Assembly (NCBI RefSeq): GCF_018977255.1
Contig: NW_024704742.1
Location: 49,912,001 to 49,976,000 of the forward strand
Origin: Callorhinchus milii
Taxonomy: Eukaryota
Reading direction: 5' to 3'
Length of the DNA stretch: 64,000 nucleotides
The notes under the pieces: generated by a model
The model's input: the letters and a program-made list of their open reading frames with translations, nothing else
The model's database searches: none
Told to the model about the DNA's origin: nothing
In this document: positions 25,870 to 40,752 of the stretch, piece after piece
Position numbering within the stretch: position 1 is the stretch's first letter
How the letters are laid out: every line of letters starts with the position of its first letter
Made by a program: the position numbers and the translations under genes

Positions 25870-26295
25870 TTACTGGAAAATCTCAGTGAAAGGTTGAAGG
25901 ATATAATGTAAGGTCCACTGAGTTTCAAAAGGAGGAAATACTTGGGAAAAGTACTGGTTAGATGATGCCAGATTTAGGTTTACATAACTAGGTTAGAGAC
26001 ATTAGGTGAGAGAAGGGTTACTTCTCACGTGATGCCTTATAAGGGTATATTGGATATCAGATAGAGAAAGTAAACTCAAAACTTTGCTTTCAAGTGTGCC
26101 AAGGTAATAACAAGAGGAGGGGACAGGTTGGAATGGACAAATTTAGGACTGAAATCAAGAGGTATTTCTTAACGCAAGAGTGAAAGTGGCTTAAAATAGG
26201 CAGTTACAGTGGACTCCTTAATTGGATTCTGTAATGGGAGGATGGGTATTCAGAAGAGATGCAGTACGTGGCTTCTTCATCCAAACATCTCATTA
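25870..26295 (+). mobile_element. CR1 LINE 3' fragment, highly decayed
   Basis: AACAAGAGG..AAATTTAGGACTGAAATCAAGAGGTATTTCTTAACGCAAGAG and 3'UTR TTCTTCATCCAAAC, as in 48206-48455. Confidence 0.6.
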
Positions 26296-28739
26296 TGACA
26301 AACGTTTTCTGGAACCTTGCCCTGGAGCAACAGAGACCCACTTTTGATGTTAGAGAAATATTCAAGGCTCCAGACATTATAGCGTTTCCAAAATTATTCA
26401 GAGGAAAAACAATTACATTTGACACAAAAGAACAAATTGAGTTTCTTGGAGAGAATTGTAACAGTGAAGGAACTGTGAGAATTCCAAGTGAGATCAGAGG
26501 AGAATATGATAAATGTCAGCCATGTATTCCTATTCTGAAATCTGTTTTAGTTTCTTGTATCAACAATTTCTATTTTAACAAGTCTTTGATTATTTTAAAA
26601 GTGGTTGTTTGGGGGTATCGGAAGGAGAGTCAGTTGTCTTTACAATACAGCTTTGCAGTGTTCAATGACACTTCTCAACCCTATGACACTCCTCGTCACC
26701 CTGCTAAGCACATTCCTGCTTATTTATTCACTTCACACTACAGAAAATAACTACTGAATCCGAATTTGATTTGGGCAACTTTTCAACAATGCTTCCTTGT
26801 TTTTTGTCAGCTGGGTGTCTGACAAATGCGGAAACGTATCACAATGCTTTAGAATACCCAAACCACATTGAGATTTCCACGTGGATACATGGAAAATGCA
26901 AGAGTGAGCTGATTCCTATTTTTAGTTTTGTCTTTTTGATTTTGTTTGCTGCTGTTCATGCATTCTCGCTTCCTGACTCGTGTTACAGCACCATATGGCA
27001 CCTCAAGACAATTTGAATGGCCGTCCTCTTCACACATGCATAATCCTCCACCACTTCAGTCTCCTCATTTTCATGTTCACCTCCCACCACTCTATTCTCA
27101 TCCTTGTCATGATCACAGACACTGTTGGTAGCTGCAAATGGTTTGAGTTGTCATTATAGCTAAGTAGTTCAGATCAGGTACTCAGCCACAGCTCACACCA
27201 GAGGAGTAGAAGAAGTAAGTGAGATGTATAGACTGACAGGTTGGTAACTGCAGGAGAGCACAGAAATCCTCTAACAACAATAAAAAGTTTCTTAACGTCC
27301 ACACAGTATAAATTTGATGACTGAAAGTCTGGATTAAAAATGTGACATATCACACATTTGTTACACTAGAAAGTTAAGAACATAAGGATGTTTAGGACTG
27401 GAAAAGATCATTATGGTCCATCAGTCAGTCTCATTTTCAATTATTTTTCTCTCGTATATATTTCAACATCAAAATTCCATACAATTGCCTCAAGAAACTG
27501 GCTACACTATCCACCTTTACTACCTCCCTGGCAAGCTATTTCTCCACATGTTGACCATGTAGAGTAGTTTATCTAAGCTGTCTACTAACCTCGCACTTTT
27601 GAGATTGAGATCCCTTTTTATGACCTATGATTATATTGAAAATGATGTTAGTTTTTGTTTAATTTTGTATGGTCTTGTGTTTTTTGTACATAGCGTAAAG
27701 GGGCCAAAGTTTGCAATATTAACAAAGGTTTGGACTAGCTAAGCTGTGTAATCTTCCTCGGCTGTGCAGTTTCTCAATTTCAGAGAATTACCAAGCACAG
27801 AATGCTGTGAACAAATTCTAGAACTGTAATAGACAAATTAACCATTTTGGCCTTAGACTTAAGAAGTATCTTTTCATTCATACCTTTGGATCACAATGTT
27901 ATTGCCTTGTTACATTCATCTTATGAAACTGCACAGATGTATCCTTCTTTTAAGCAGGAGACACAATATTGATTTTACACATCATGGCTGTGGACACCCT
28001 CTAGTTGCTCAGGCTTTTGAGGTTTTCCAATTATGGGGTAACAAGAAAGGTGGCTGTGCACAATCGTTGGCATTAAGATTTATATGTGTCTCTAATTGTA
28101 GAATCCATTGACTTTTACAAGGAAAATAATTTAGCAAAGTGGAAATTGCAATCTGGATGTGTTGTGTTAATTGCAACATCTGGTTGGTAATTTCCACTTT
28201 GTGCAATCTGTAGCAGGTGAATTGTAACTCCCAAATCACCAAAATTCTCCCCCCCACCCCCACCCCCCCCAAAAAAAAAAGGCTAGGGAGACAAATGCAA
28301 ACCAGACATCAAAATGAATAAAATAAAATCTGATTTGGATACGCTGCAAATTAGAACCTAATGCCAAATATAATGACAATCACATGATGGGAGAGTGATT
28401 TTAGTCATGGTGGCTAGAGTGGAAAACACGATACTTGCCATGATCTAAAACTATGGTCCAAAATTAATTTGTATAAAAAATCAACAAGGATCAGAATATC
28501 AGGGAAATGTTCCTGTATGTGAATGTATTTTACTCAAGTGAGAATTGATCTTCAGTTTTGAGATTCATTCCTGTTTATATTGCTGGAGTGACCTTCAGCA
28601 GCAAAAAGGTTCAAAATAGGAAATAAGATTAATACTTCCTGCAACTAATCTACTTTCATCAGAGGATGCTGTATGTATGAAACCCAGTACAGTACATGCT
28701 CAGAGCTCCACGAACCGTGTATGCTTCAGACTCTGTAAC

Positions 28740-28960
28740 AAGAGAGCTGGTGAGCAAGGCATTGGAGAAATAGAGGCTGGAGGTGACAAAGATGTGGATG
28801 AGGCTTTCAGGTTCTGTGTGGAGGATGAGGTAGTAGCAGAGAAAGGCAATTTTGCAGAGATGGAAGAAAGTGGACTTGGTCAGCGCCAGAATGAAATGTT
28901 TGAAGGAGAGCCAAGGGTCAAACAAAATAACGAGGTTCTGCACAAGCTCCATGAGTTGGA
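28740..28960 (-). mobile_element. L2 ORF2 fragment
   Basis: VQNLVILFDPWLSF..FFHLCKIA..ESLIHIFVTSSLYFSNALL. Confidence 0.8.
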
Positions 28961-31479
28961 CTGAGCAATGAGGAAGATCGATATAATCAGTGTCTAATGT
29001 GAGGAATGGGACATAATTCATCTGTGCTTTCACTTTCAGCAATGCCAGGTACGGGGTTAAACAAAATGTCCTTGTGCTTTGTTTATTCAACCAAGAGAAA
29101 ATGCAAGTGGTCCAACATCCACATAACACTTAGGTCTCAAATTATCAAATAGTATTTTCTGATGAATACCACAGATGTCTGCACATAGCAAATCTAATCA
29201 TTTAAAATTGGCAGAGGTGTTGCCAACCTCATAGAAAATGAACCAATTTTGCTAAAGGCTCTTGGAGACACTTGATTGATACAGAAATTGATCAAGGGTT
29301 GAAGTCCTAAGAATTGGGCATAAACTCTAAATCTGTGTGCATTGGTGTTGTCTTGTCTGCAAACACAAATTGGCTCCAGGGAAATTATAGTTACAGAAGA
29401 CATCGACTTTCAGTAAGCCTGAAGGAACAATCAAGTCTCTAGTGGACTAATTACAGTGGCATAGAGCCACTATCATTTTGCAATAATTATAGCAAAAGAA
29501 CTGGTCACTGCTGTGAGCTCCCAGCTATTTTACAATAATACATGGCTTTCTCTTTATTACATACTTCACTTTCACCAGCATTTAAAGAACAAATCAGATC
29601 TGCAAGCCAAAAGACATGAACACAAATTTTATGACAGAACATAACCATATCGTGATTATTATTCTTAAAGGAAGCAATTGAGAAGAGCCATCCTAAACGC
29701 GTATTAAATATAGATTTTTCAATGCCGTATGAATTTGGCAAAACTAAAGTGTTGTAAAGAAGTTATAAGGTACTGTTTGCTAAATTTCCTTCAGGGGCAA
29801 TATTATGGATATTGAATATAAAATAGGTATAGATAAAATGGATTTTGCATAATTGGGTAATTAAATTGTATTTACTGTGGATTATTCTGCATTAGTTCCT
29901 ATGCCTTAGAACCTAGGAGATTTAAAAAACTCAAATTTCTTCCTAGGATATACCATGCTAGAATATGATTCTGCGGGCACTAGTTCACCTGCAGTAATTG
30001 ACCCAAGATGTTATTCTTCATGTATAAGTGTTGGTAGGGTGCTCAACTGTTCAGGAGATCAGGGGGCAAATTGAGATAGTCACAAAACAATTTGTAAATA
30101 GTTATAATAATTGTTGTAATAATTGTAAAAACCCAAATATGTTAAAACATACCATCTGATACTGCGCTTAGACGGACATCTTGGTTTTGAATTCTGCAAA
30201 GTCAGTGTCCAAATAAGGTTCCAAAGGGTCCGTTATGACACATTCAGAATTTGGTATATAATAATTATTAGCAGAAGCAGTTTGCTTCCTCTATCTCCAC
30301 ACAAGAACATTCTGCAGCAGGGGGCACTGGATGCAGATCAGAAGTACGAGTCCTGGCTGATTTTTCATTCCACAGACCTAAGACTTTTGAATCTGATTCT
30401 TTGACAAAATCCTCAGATCATTAACTCTACAAAGATTTTTTTTTAAATTATGAATCAAAAGCAACTCTTTCAATGACCACAGAAGTGAAGTGAACCATCC
30501 TGCCAGTACAGGTCTACATTCAGCAATTATTGAAGCAAATGTGTGTGAAGTGAACAAATGATAGAGGTGATGTGTGTGTGTGGTGGGGGGGGAGGGGAAT
30601 TGCAGCAAAAATTATTATCTCCATCATTACACAGAATTGACACGCAATGAATAGCTCACCTGCCAGAAAATTGTTTTAGGGGCAAATTTGGAAACTAATG
30701 ATTAAACAATAGTAGCTGCATGATATTGCCACAATTCAAAGAGAGATATGCTCATCTGAACAATAAACTCCTCCTCAAAGCAATGCTAACTCAAGATAGC
30801 TTCCTAATATTATTGTGGATTTAATAGTGTAACAGTATAGGTAACATTATTATTTTAAACAAAACTACATTACTTAAACAAATGAAACTATTTAAAATAT
30901 TCATCAAATACAGCACTTTGCTGTTTCATATTGTATTTAAAATTAGATGTAACAAATCTCTGGTGTTGAATCAGCCTGTTTATTAAGATGGATCAATTTT
31001 GTCATATCTGGACAGTTAAACCACTTTACAGTATATTCAGCGAAACGCTTTGAGGTATCTCAACGTGATTAGGCTTGTTAAAGATGATTATTATTATAAA
31101 TTTCCAACATGGACTTAAAGCTTGCCTTACTTTATGTGTCAGTTATTGGTTAGTGTTTATTTAGAGTTGAGGTAAGTAATGATAAAGAATATAACCACAG
31201 TCAAGATTGTGGGTCAGAGAGATGCCTTTAACGGTATAAGATGAAGCAATTTTGAAAGTTATTCAATTTGAAAATGTGTGTTGGTTCATTAAAATAATGA
31301 ATCTAACATTTGATCTCACTTTAACAAGTGGTTCATCAAAACTATTGTTGCCTCTATGTTATGTTATAATAAGTCAATATGTGAAAATCATGGCTAAATT
31401 TACATTCAGTTATTCAGTTTAATATTCTACTTGCATTAGACATAGGACCATGATAACATGTTAAGTGCGTAATATAGAT

Positions 31480-31855
31480 GGGGGCAGCTTGGCTCAGATA
31501 GCACCTCTGAGTCAGAGCTTATTGGTTGAAGGACCACATCAAGACATGAACTGATAGTTTAGGCTGGCACCCTAATGCACTATTGAAGGTCCCATCCTTT
31601 GAATGAGACATTAAACTGAGGTCTCATCTCCCTGTTCAGATGCACACTACAAATTCCATGGCACCATTCATAAACAGAAGGGAATTTCTCTGATATCCTG
31701 GCTAACAATCTTCCAAATAAGTTCACTCTACTCACGTTATGGCTGTTTGTAGAACATTGCTGTTTTATTTACAAATACATAGTCACTACACTTGACAGCA
31801 ATTTCCTATGAAGTTCTTCGCAATATCTCAATGTGATCAGCACCATTTCAAATAA
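31480..31855 (+). mobile_element. DeuSINE, full length, old
   Basis: GGGGCAGCTTGGCTCAG..CTCTGAGTCAGA head through Deu core and tail. Confidence 0.8.
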
Positions 31856-32621
31856 AATATATATTTTTAGAATTATTTTAATTAAGGACATCTTTAATTT
31901 CCCGTATAGACAGCGTATGGTCTACACAGCTTGAGTAATAGACCCCAGCATGTACCAAAAGCCACAACAGTATTTTTCAGTGGAACATCAAATCTGCACA
32001 ATGAATGACATCAAGCGAACCTTCTTCTGGAAGAGGAGTTCTGTGAGCACAGCGAGAAGCAGGGTGACATAGGGAGCAAGGGTTAGAGACTGCTGACTTC
32101 TCACATCAATAATTCATGCTATGTTTGATCTCAGTGAAGCACAAGAACATGAATCTGTGCAGTCAGTACACAGTAGGGTCCAGTTTGAACATCCTTTCAT
32201 CTTATTCCATTAAAGGCATCTGATCTATTTAATCATCTACCAAACACAATTCTTACAGCAGCTGTATTCCTCTTTGTTGCATTACTTAGCTCCAGAAACA
32301 GCAATGCTCTGTACAAAATGCTCATTGCCAATTATGTTAATGTTTCACAGGGTTTCAAAATGTATTCCTTTTAAATATCATCCTCGGCACTCAACGAGAA
32401 ATGAATCATCATTCTGCGAATTGCATATTAACACTAAATAAAGAAAGGGCCTCATTATCCTGAAATAACACTTCTGACAATATTATAATATTTTCTTTTC
32501 AATACATGACCTCGCATCAGTTAACCAATTATATACATCTACAAATTTAATGTGCAACAAATTTGCAAACATTTATAATGAATTAATAGAGACAAAAACA
32601 AGCTTTGGAGAATATAGTATA

Positions 32622-32950
32622 TAACAACAACTTGCATTATGTAGCACCCTTCATACAGAGTGGCATCTCGGAGCACTTACGGGGGGAGAGAAGAGGTGAC
32701 CGTAAGCACAGTTGAAAAGGAAGGTCTTCATGCATAATCTGAAAAAGGGGAAAGAGGAGGGAAAGCAGAGGGATTTAGGAAGAGAATTCCAAATTTTATT
32801 TGGGGTGTGGCTGAAAGTAGAGCCGCTGGTGGTGGAGTGGAGGGGACGAGGGGCAAGCAGGAAGCTGGATCCAGCCAAGTTGAGGTGGCAGGTGTTGGAT
32901 TCTGGAGAAAGCAGGTCGGAGAGGTTCCAGGGCATGCTGTGTTTGATCTC
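32622..32950 (-). mobile_element. L2 LINE 3' fragment
   Basis: (CAA)n tail; KIWNSLP..KTFLFN remnant on - strand. Confidence 0.85.
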
Positions 32951-32957
32951 AATGAAG

Positions 32958-33585
32958 CACTCCAATACAGTGCTAGGGGTATGCTGCATTCTTGAAAGTG
33001 TCATCCTTCAGATCCAATAATAATAATGATAATTGCAATAATCCTTGCATATACAGTGCTATTCACGTCTTTTCGACATCTCAAAGCGCTTCACAGAATA
33101 GACTGTAAAGTGAATTCACCATATATTTGTGGGCGAAACGTGGCAGCCAATTGCGCACAGCAGTGTCCCACAAACAGCCGTAGATTGAAAATGACCAATT
33201 TATTATTGTTTTGTTTTGGAGGGATTATTATTAGGTGTGTGGAGTAAGGAAACTTGCCCAAGGTTTTGCCCTGCCTGGAATTGAATCCAGGTGTCTCGCT
33301 TCAAGGCCAGTGCTCTAACCACTGAGCTGCAGGACTCCATTGTATTAACCCAAGGTCCCATTCTCTGTTCAGGTGGGCATTAAACTTTCCATGGCACCAT
33401 TCGAAAGTGAAAAGAGTTTCTCCCAGTGTCCTAGTCAACCCACATAAAATTGATCACTCAATCCATGGATATGTATACATTCTTGTGCACAAATTGGCTA
33501 CAAATACATAGTCACTAACCACACTTTAGTGAAAATCATGTGAAGCATTTTGAGATGTCTTCCCAATATGAAAAGTGCTATTTCA
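32958..33585 (+). mobile_element. DeuSINE split by a younger SINE (33016-33338)
   Basis: Core breaks after CCTTCAGAT (33013) and resumes ATTAACCCAAGGTCCC (~33344). Confidence 0.75.
33016..33338 (-). mobile_element. tRNA-derived SINE (short subfamily), full length
   Basis: Reverse complement of the 59029-59348 family. Confidence 0.9.
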
Positions 33586-36169
33586 AATGGAAAAATTCTG
33601 ATTATTGACATTTTCCTCCAACAGTACAGAAATATTTTTTGTGAGTAACTTACCACTTCGACTATCACTGCCCTCCTTTACCAAGCTCCCCCACCCCCCC
33701 ACCAATCCTAGCTCAGTATCCATCTCTTTAAAGAGCTTCAGAATGTTACTTGTGAAGAGTGATTTATAAATCCAATTTTGTTTCAATAATGATAATTAAT
33801 CTCCAGCCCTACTTGAAACTCATTCATTTTAAATTTGTGTTGTGTAATTTTGTACTCAGTCAGTCAAATTGCCAAATAGTCTTCACAACACAGTATTTTA
33901 AAGACTGTTATCATGCCCACCTTTGATCTTATTTTGTATTCCCTACCTTCCGTGAATTATTTCCAAATTAATAATAATTCTTGCATTTGATGTAGAGCCT
34001 TTCATATCAGTTGGTTTTCTCAAAACACTTCACAGGATTTTCTGTGAAGTTTATTGACTGTGTTTTGTAGGTGAAATCCCTTCACCTTGTAGGCCTACTC
34101 AGTAACCTCATAAGAACTGATATCTTTAACATTGCTTTTGTTCACATTCCTCCCACTATCTTCATCCTTTCCCGTGCATATTGCTCAATGATCCACACTG
34201 TCCCTTTAAAAATGATTCAAGATGCTATCCAAATGTGAAAGGCACTTTATAAATGTGAGTTGTTATTGGGCTGCAGATCACTCCAGGCTCTTTCTTTAAC
34301 TGATGTCGTCATTGGTAGAAAGCCTGTCTGCATCAACGAACATGCAATGATGCTAATACAATAACTTTGACATTCATGGATGATGTCTTACGGTTATTTT
34401 ATTGCTTACACACAAGAAATTCGATAGGATAGGTGCTTTCAGCTTCAGGCTTTGCAGTTAGTGTATTGACTGCATGATAGTTTCTCCATCCAACAAAAGA
34501 GAAATCATTTGTGTTTTTTTATCAAAAGGAACCCAAGTGAGATGAGAAAAATAGAATTTCCTTTTGCATTTACAGCACCACTGAGCATGTCATGCTGTTT
34601 CTGACTGATAAGGTCAATCTGTGGTCTATTGTGTAAAAAATCACAAAGAAGTCTGTACCAAAGAGAAACACCATACGGTGATTTAAAAATTAAAAGGCAT
34701 ACAGAAATTGTGTAGAAATGTTTGTGCACTTTTTTGTTTATAAAAAAGATGATCAATTAGGAGAGTTATTCTTCAGACAATTCTAAAACATGAAAGGAAA
34801 AATGCATTTTGTGATGTAATAATTATCACTGGTGATAATTATCATGTCAGTCAGTGAAGAGAAATTTGATCTGGGTGCAGAGTTATTTTATTACATAGTA
34901 TTTGAGAGAGTCCAGAATTTACCAAATTATTGAATCCAGTCTTAACTTTGAACCTGGTGTTGTGTAGTTCTTAAAAGAAACTTACAACCGACTTTTTTTC
35001 AAGCATCAAACCGGCCAGAAAACCAACTTCAAAATTTAAGGTTCTACTTAAAAAAATGCAATATCCTAGACGTTCTGAAATACTGCATGGGTAGAGTAAT
35101 CTAGATCTGGTAGAATGGTTACCCACATACACTGTGTTTTTCACTCATAGCTTGCATCAGCTCTGTGCAAAAATGTTGACATGCACTGATTTTGAAAGTA
35201 TTGTGACATTATTTATTTGTGATCCACAATTCTGTAGTATTTTTTAATTAAAAGTTAACTGATCATTTTAAAGAGATGGTAAACTGTTAAATGTTGCATT
35301 TTAGAGACTTTAGGCTGACAAACTGGCATTACATCACTGAGCAAATCTGTTTCCTTGGTAACATGAATCAAAATTTCAACCCACAGGTGCCTGTGGAGAC
35401 TAGAAGCAGAGAAAAAAATATTCTTCAGAATATTTCAAATGTGGAAAAGGTTGATTCAAACTGCATATTAATATTGGGATTAATTAACACTAAGAACATG
35501 GATTTACCCATTCTGAAAAAGCATTGAATTTTTTATTCACTAGATATCCTATTTTTTTAAAATGCAGACATGCACTGTGCACATGAAAACAATTTAAAAT
35601 CATGAACATGCATAACAATAGTAATTAAAAAGCCAATACTTAATTGTCAGAAAAAACACCTCACGCAGATCAACAGGATGACTTGAACCAGCGCCTCTGG
35701 GTTTAAATCCCAGTTCATCCATTCCCAGTTTCACCATTATAAAGGTCAATCAAAATTGGGTTTAATTGGTAGCCCACAAATGGACGCTGAAAATATGGGG
35801 TCTAATGCGTCTGGATCAAACGGGCTGATACAAGTGTTGACACACTATTTGAAGGATGAGATTAGAATGGCTGAAGGGCCTTCCTCATCCAAAACAATTG
35901 CAACGTAGGTGGAGTTTCTCCCCACCTATGGAACTATATTGAAGAATCCTGTTAGAAATGATTGCATTGTAGATGTCACTTACACCATTTTTCCATTTTG
36001 TTTGCTACCACTATTTAGTTACGGTTTGACAGGGATTGCTTGCTTTGTATTGCTTCTGAGGTGGATTTGTTGTAAACACAGTCAATCATGCCATACTCCT
36101 CTACCATCTCTCCTCCTTCATCCATCGCACTGAGACCACACTCTCCTGTTTCAAGTCCTATATTCTCAA

Positions 36170-36600
36170 CCACAGCAAACTCATACCCCATCACACCAGC
36201 TCCTGCCAGGATACACTCCCTCCCTATTACAGAATGGAACGATTTCAAGATCCTCACACTCAGTACAAATCATTTCATGCCCTGGCACCTCCCTACCTTT
36301 CTGACCTGCCTACACACCACTACCCACCGCCTCCCTCAGCTGGTTTTGGCCACCTGCACAACCCTTGCCCCCTCCATGCCTTCAGCCACCATGGCCTGAA
36401 ACTATGGAACTCTTTTCCTCAATCCCTCCTTTGCCTGCTCCTTCCCCATCTTCAGGTCACACCTGAAGACCTTCCAGTGCAACTGTGCCTAAGGCCAACT
36501 TCTCCCTCTCCCTGGCTCGACAAAGGGCTGTTAAGCACTGTTAAGCACTCCAAGGGGTTATCCCATGTGAAGGGCGCAATATAAATGCAAGTTGTTATTG
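36170..36600 (+). mobile_element. L2 LINE 3' fragment
   Basis: [28 protein letters not shown] remnants; tail GTGAAGGGCGCAATATAAATGCAAGTTG. Confidence 0.85.
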
Positions 36601-37569
36601 TGAAAGGACAAATGGCTCCAGCATACTGACCTGTTGCTGAGCACCCTGGAGGCAGAGTTGGCATCACCATAACCATATCTATTTGACAAAGGCCTTCATG
36701 TGAGTCGCTTAAGGACCTGGATTAAGCAGTTGGTTCTGAAGAAGCTTGGTACTTGGCATTGGACTTCTACAACATCAAAATGGCTGGTGCATCGTAAGCT
36801 GTTCTGCCACTGGAGGCAGTTCTCTGTAGAATAACCGATGAAGAAATTCTGAGGCTTGGGACAACAATAGTAGTAAATTGCATTGATTAGCATCTCAGAG
36901 CGCTTGGACGACACTTAGAGTCTGGATTCATGCAGACATGCACATATATCCAAGGATTGGAATCCAATTTGATTTAAATTCACACTTACAACTGGTGGAA
37001 TCATGGTTCAGTCATCCGTATGTATATTGTGTTGGAGCAGATTTCCTGTGGGTTGTTCGGAGATGCTATCCTGAGTGAAGGACACTATGTAAATGCAAAT
37101 TATTGTTGTTGTGTAATATAACTTCGGTTACTGGAAGGCATTATCCATATTTGTCCAACTCGGATTCCTTGTTAATTAAGGATTAAGGATTAAGGATTTC
37201 GTAAAATTCTCTAGATACAATCAATCAAAAGAGCAATCAAATTACTCGAGAGAGAGAGCACACATTAATGAATGGTGAAAGCACAAGGTTTGAAATTCCA
37301 CCTAGCTTTAGCCCATGAGACCACTTTGTCTTAAATTTTAAGATTACACAGACTTTTTCCTGCTGTGTTGCAGAGCATCAGAAACTGATGACTGATTCTT
37401 CCAGATAATGTAGAAAAATCACTCCATTGAAAAATTATTCAAGAGTGTTCATCCTTGAATCCAGTTATTACCTTCTGGTGAGTACTCTAATATGATGACA
37501 TCTGTCACGTGAGCAAGTGGAAACGAAGTACAGATGAGTATGTGGAATGTACTAACAGTGCAATGGTAA

Positions 37570-37760
37570 TAATAATAAATTGGTCACTCAATCCACGTTT
37601 GTTCGCCTGTTTGTGGGCACTGCTGTGCGTAATTGGCTGCCGTGTTTTGCCCACAAAATATACAGTCAATTCACTTTACAGTATATCCTATGAAGTGCTT
37701 TAAGGCGTCTCAAAGATGTAATAAGACGCTATATCAAATGCAAGGATTATTATTATTATT
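37570..37760 (+). mobile_element. tRNA-SINE 3' half
   Basis: AAATTGGTCACTCAATCCACG..AATTGGCTGCC..ATCAAATGCAAGG then (ATT)n. Confidence 0.85.
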
Positions 37761-39015
37761 AAAACGGCATAGCATCTGTGGGCTGGAGTGAGTATATAGT
37801 TACTGACTACTTCCCGAATTGGAAAAAAGGAAGATCCATAAGGATTTGAAGGTTGCTCTGTGCATTTTCTGGTGTCTGTTTACAGAACACCATTAGGAGA
37901 GGTCTGGAAGCCAGCCTTTTTGCTTTGTCTTTATACAGGAATCTTAACTTCATTAGGGTGCTTAAAAGGGTAGCATTGATGCAGGGCGGGGTGTCACATG
38001 GAGACAAAAATTATTGATGGATTGAAACACAATTTTTAACATGGTGATAATTCTCTCAGTTTACCTCCCAGTCTGCAGCAACACCAACTTGCAATTATAT
38101 AGCGTCCTTCATATTGGGGTAATGTCTCAAAGTGCTTAATTTGTGTGGCTACAAAGAAAGAGAACTGACTATGATTTTGCCTTACACTTCAGAATATAAA
38201 AACGTTGACTATAATCAGAGAATCACTTTCCCCTCCGAAAACTGCTGCAGTGGAACTGTTGTTAAATAATCTGGAAATGCTATTTTCCAAAAGTAAAATT
38301 GAACACTTTTTTTTACTTTAGCAGGGATCTAGGGTGATTGTTTTTGGATTTTGGAGCTTTTTTTTCTATAAAGCACTGAGGGTAGTACAGTATTAATAGA
38401 ATAGACTGTCAACTATAATCATAATACATTACATGAATATAACCATTCAAGCTCTCCGTATAATAGCTCAGCTATGAAATCTGTCATACCTGAGTGCTTA
38501 CTTGCAGTTACACTTGTTGCATCTACTTCTTCCCTTTGCACTGCTGCAAAGCACTTAGTGCCAGATCTTCTGGTGCAGAACTGGTGTTAAAGTGATGAAA
38601 TGAAAGCCAACGTACCAGCACATTTTATTGATGACACAAGATATGGTCAAAATCTGACCTTTCTTCATCAGCAAAAAAAGTGATTTCCATATTCCAAGAT
38701 ATGATAGGGGATATATTAGACTTGTCAAATACAGACCAATGAATCTGATGTCAACAAGAAGAACACCAATGGAATCAGAAATCAGAAACAAAGTGCAATT
38801 GCAAAATGGGTTTCTGTTATGAATTTTGTATTTTAAACCTTATTGTTATGTTAGTTTAGTCAATCTTATGTCAATATAACTTCAGACAGAAAGTGAGCGT
38901 TACCAATTCAGCAATGCTTAAATGATTTTCCCTGGAAAATAAAAGCAGAAGTTAAAAATTCTTTCTTCAGAGATGTTAGAATATGTTTTTTAAACTTTAC
39001 CATAAATGGCTAAAT

Positions 39016-39260
39016 CAACAATAACAATTTGAATTATATAGCAACCAGGTAGTATATTGGAGTACTGAACAATGCTGGGAGTCTGAAGTTGAGCATGGGA
39101 GAAAGGGGAGGTAACTGTGCGCATGACCAAAGAGGAAAATCTTCAAGTGCCTTCTGAAGACAGGCAAAGAAGGAAAAACAACTGAACCATGGTGTTCTAA
39201 AACAGGGCATAGTGGCTGAAGGCATGGCCACTGACAGTGGAGATGAGTGGTTAGGGGTTG
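39016..39260 (-). mobile_element. L2 3' fragment, old
   Basis: FRRHLKIFLFG remnant and tail on - strand. Confidence 0.7.
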
Positions 39261-39344
39261 TGCAAAAGTTAACTTGGTGAAGCCAATTGCAGTACAGTGT
39301 GGAAAAGCCTTTTCTACAGGTTTACGGATAGTAAATCTGTAGAA

Positions 39345-39492
39345 AAGTGAATTCATGAAAAATAATATTAAAGATTATGGAGAAAGAGCAGGGGAATGGG
39401 ATTAGAGTAAATAATGAGATTGTCTAGCTATGCACTGTACAAATATGATGGGCTAAATGGCCTCCTTCTGAGCTGTATACATTCTATGATTA
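39345..39492 (+). mobile_element. CR1 3' end
   Basis: GGAGAAAGAGCAGGGGAATGGGATTA..GGGCTAAATGGCCTCCTTCTG..ATTCTATGAT. Confidence 0.75.
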
Positions 39493-40394
39493 TACTCTGT
39501 ACACAATCCTGGATTCAAAACAGTATATTCATAAAGCCAGCAGAATATAATTAAAATAGCAGTCGCAATCCGTAAATCTAAAATAACTCCCCAAAGAACA
39601 TATTAGATGTGGAAATCATCAGCAAGATGCAAGTTATTAACAGTCGCAGTTACATAAGTGTGAAATTTCTCTCAGAACCCTTCTAATAAAAGTACTAACC
39701 CAGGCAATTAGCACTGATATGCTAGCAGATGGCTCTTAGATATTTTCAACGCATAATGTTCTGGGTCTCTTAGGAGTGGAAGAATAGAAGCCAGGCATAA
39801 ACTGCTATCCCACTGAGCCAGATGAAAAGAGGTAATCTGGTAAAGTTCATTTAAATAGGTGAGAAAGTTGTAGCGATGAGGATTGATTTTACTTTGATAG
39901 AAATTAATGCTGGAAGCCTTTTAGTTGGAAGGAATACTGCGTTGCAAAGTTCTTTAGTAATTTTGTAGCGTATTAAACTGTTCATACCAGTTAATGGTAA
40001 ACTGTTAATTCTTTGGAATAAGAAAATAGGCTTTGTAATTAAGAGTGAAAATTGCAAGGTGTGACGTTAATTATCACTGGAGAGAATTCTCCCACAGCTA
40101 AACATTATCCATATATATCAACTGGTCTGTGTATATGTCACCACCTACTTGTCCCTGACCTCAGCATACTGATTCAGTCCGAAGCCTGCTAGCTACCACC
40201 ATGCATGTATTTATTTATTTATTGGTCATCTCAATGTCTGACATATATGGAAACCTGCCACAGTGCTTAAGAGAATCCAATCCAGACTGACGTACAGACA
40301 TGGCTAGCATTAGTTTTGCCAGTTCATAGAACGCAGCATTCCAGTGCCATATCTCAGGATGTAAAACATAAAATAATCCTTGCCTAAAATACCA

Positions 40395-40752
40395 AAATAT
40401 CTCAAAAAATTTCACAGAGATTTTTTCTGTACATTACAATGACTGTGTATTAGAAGGCAAATGTGACAGCCAATTTGTGCACAGCAACATCCCACAAACA
40501 ACCATGAATTGAATGACCACATTTTAATCTGAAGGATTATTGGCCGTGACACCAAGATAATCCCATTTCTCTTTACGAATAGTGCCATGGGATCTTCAAC
40601 TCCCATCTGAACAGGCAGACAATGAACTTCGGTTTAATGTCTCACGTGAAAGACAATACTTCTACATATTAGTTCAAAGTTCCATTATGAGATTTGAACC
40701 CCTAAGCTTGTGAGTCGGAAGGAGGCAAGCGTACTACCAACTGAGCCAGACT
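40395..40752 (-). mobile_element. DeuSINE
   Basis: GCCATGGGATCTT..CATCTGAACAGGCAGA; head TACCAACTGAGCCA. Confidence 0.85.

Noticed and set aside
26259..26750. 163-aa ORF as a host or viral gene
   Set aside because: Its start lies in a decayed CR1 3'UTR, no domain is recognisable and there is no clear splice structure; only a BLASTp hit would revive it.
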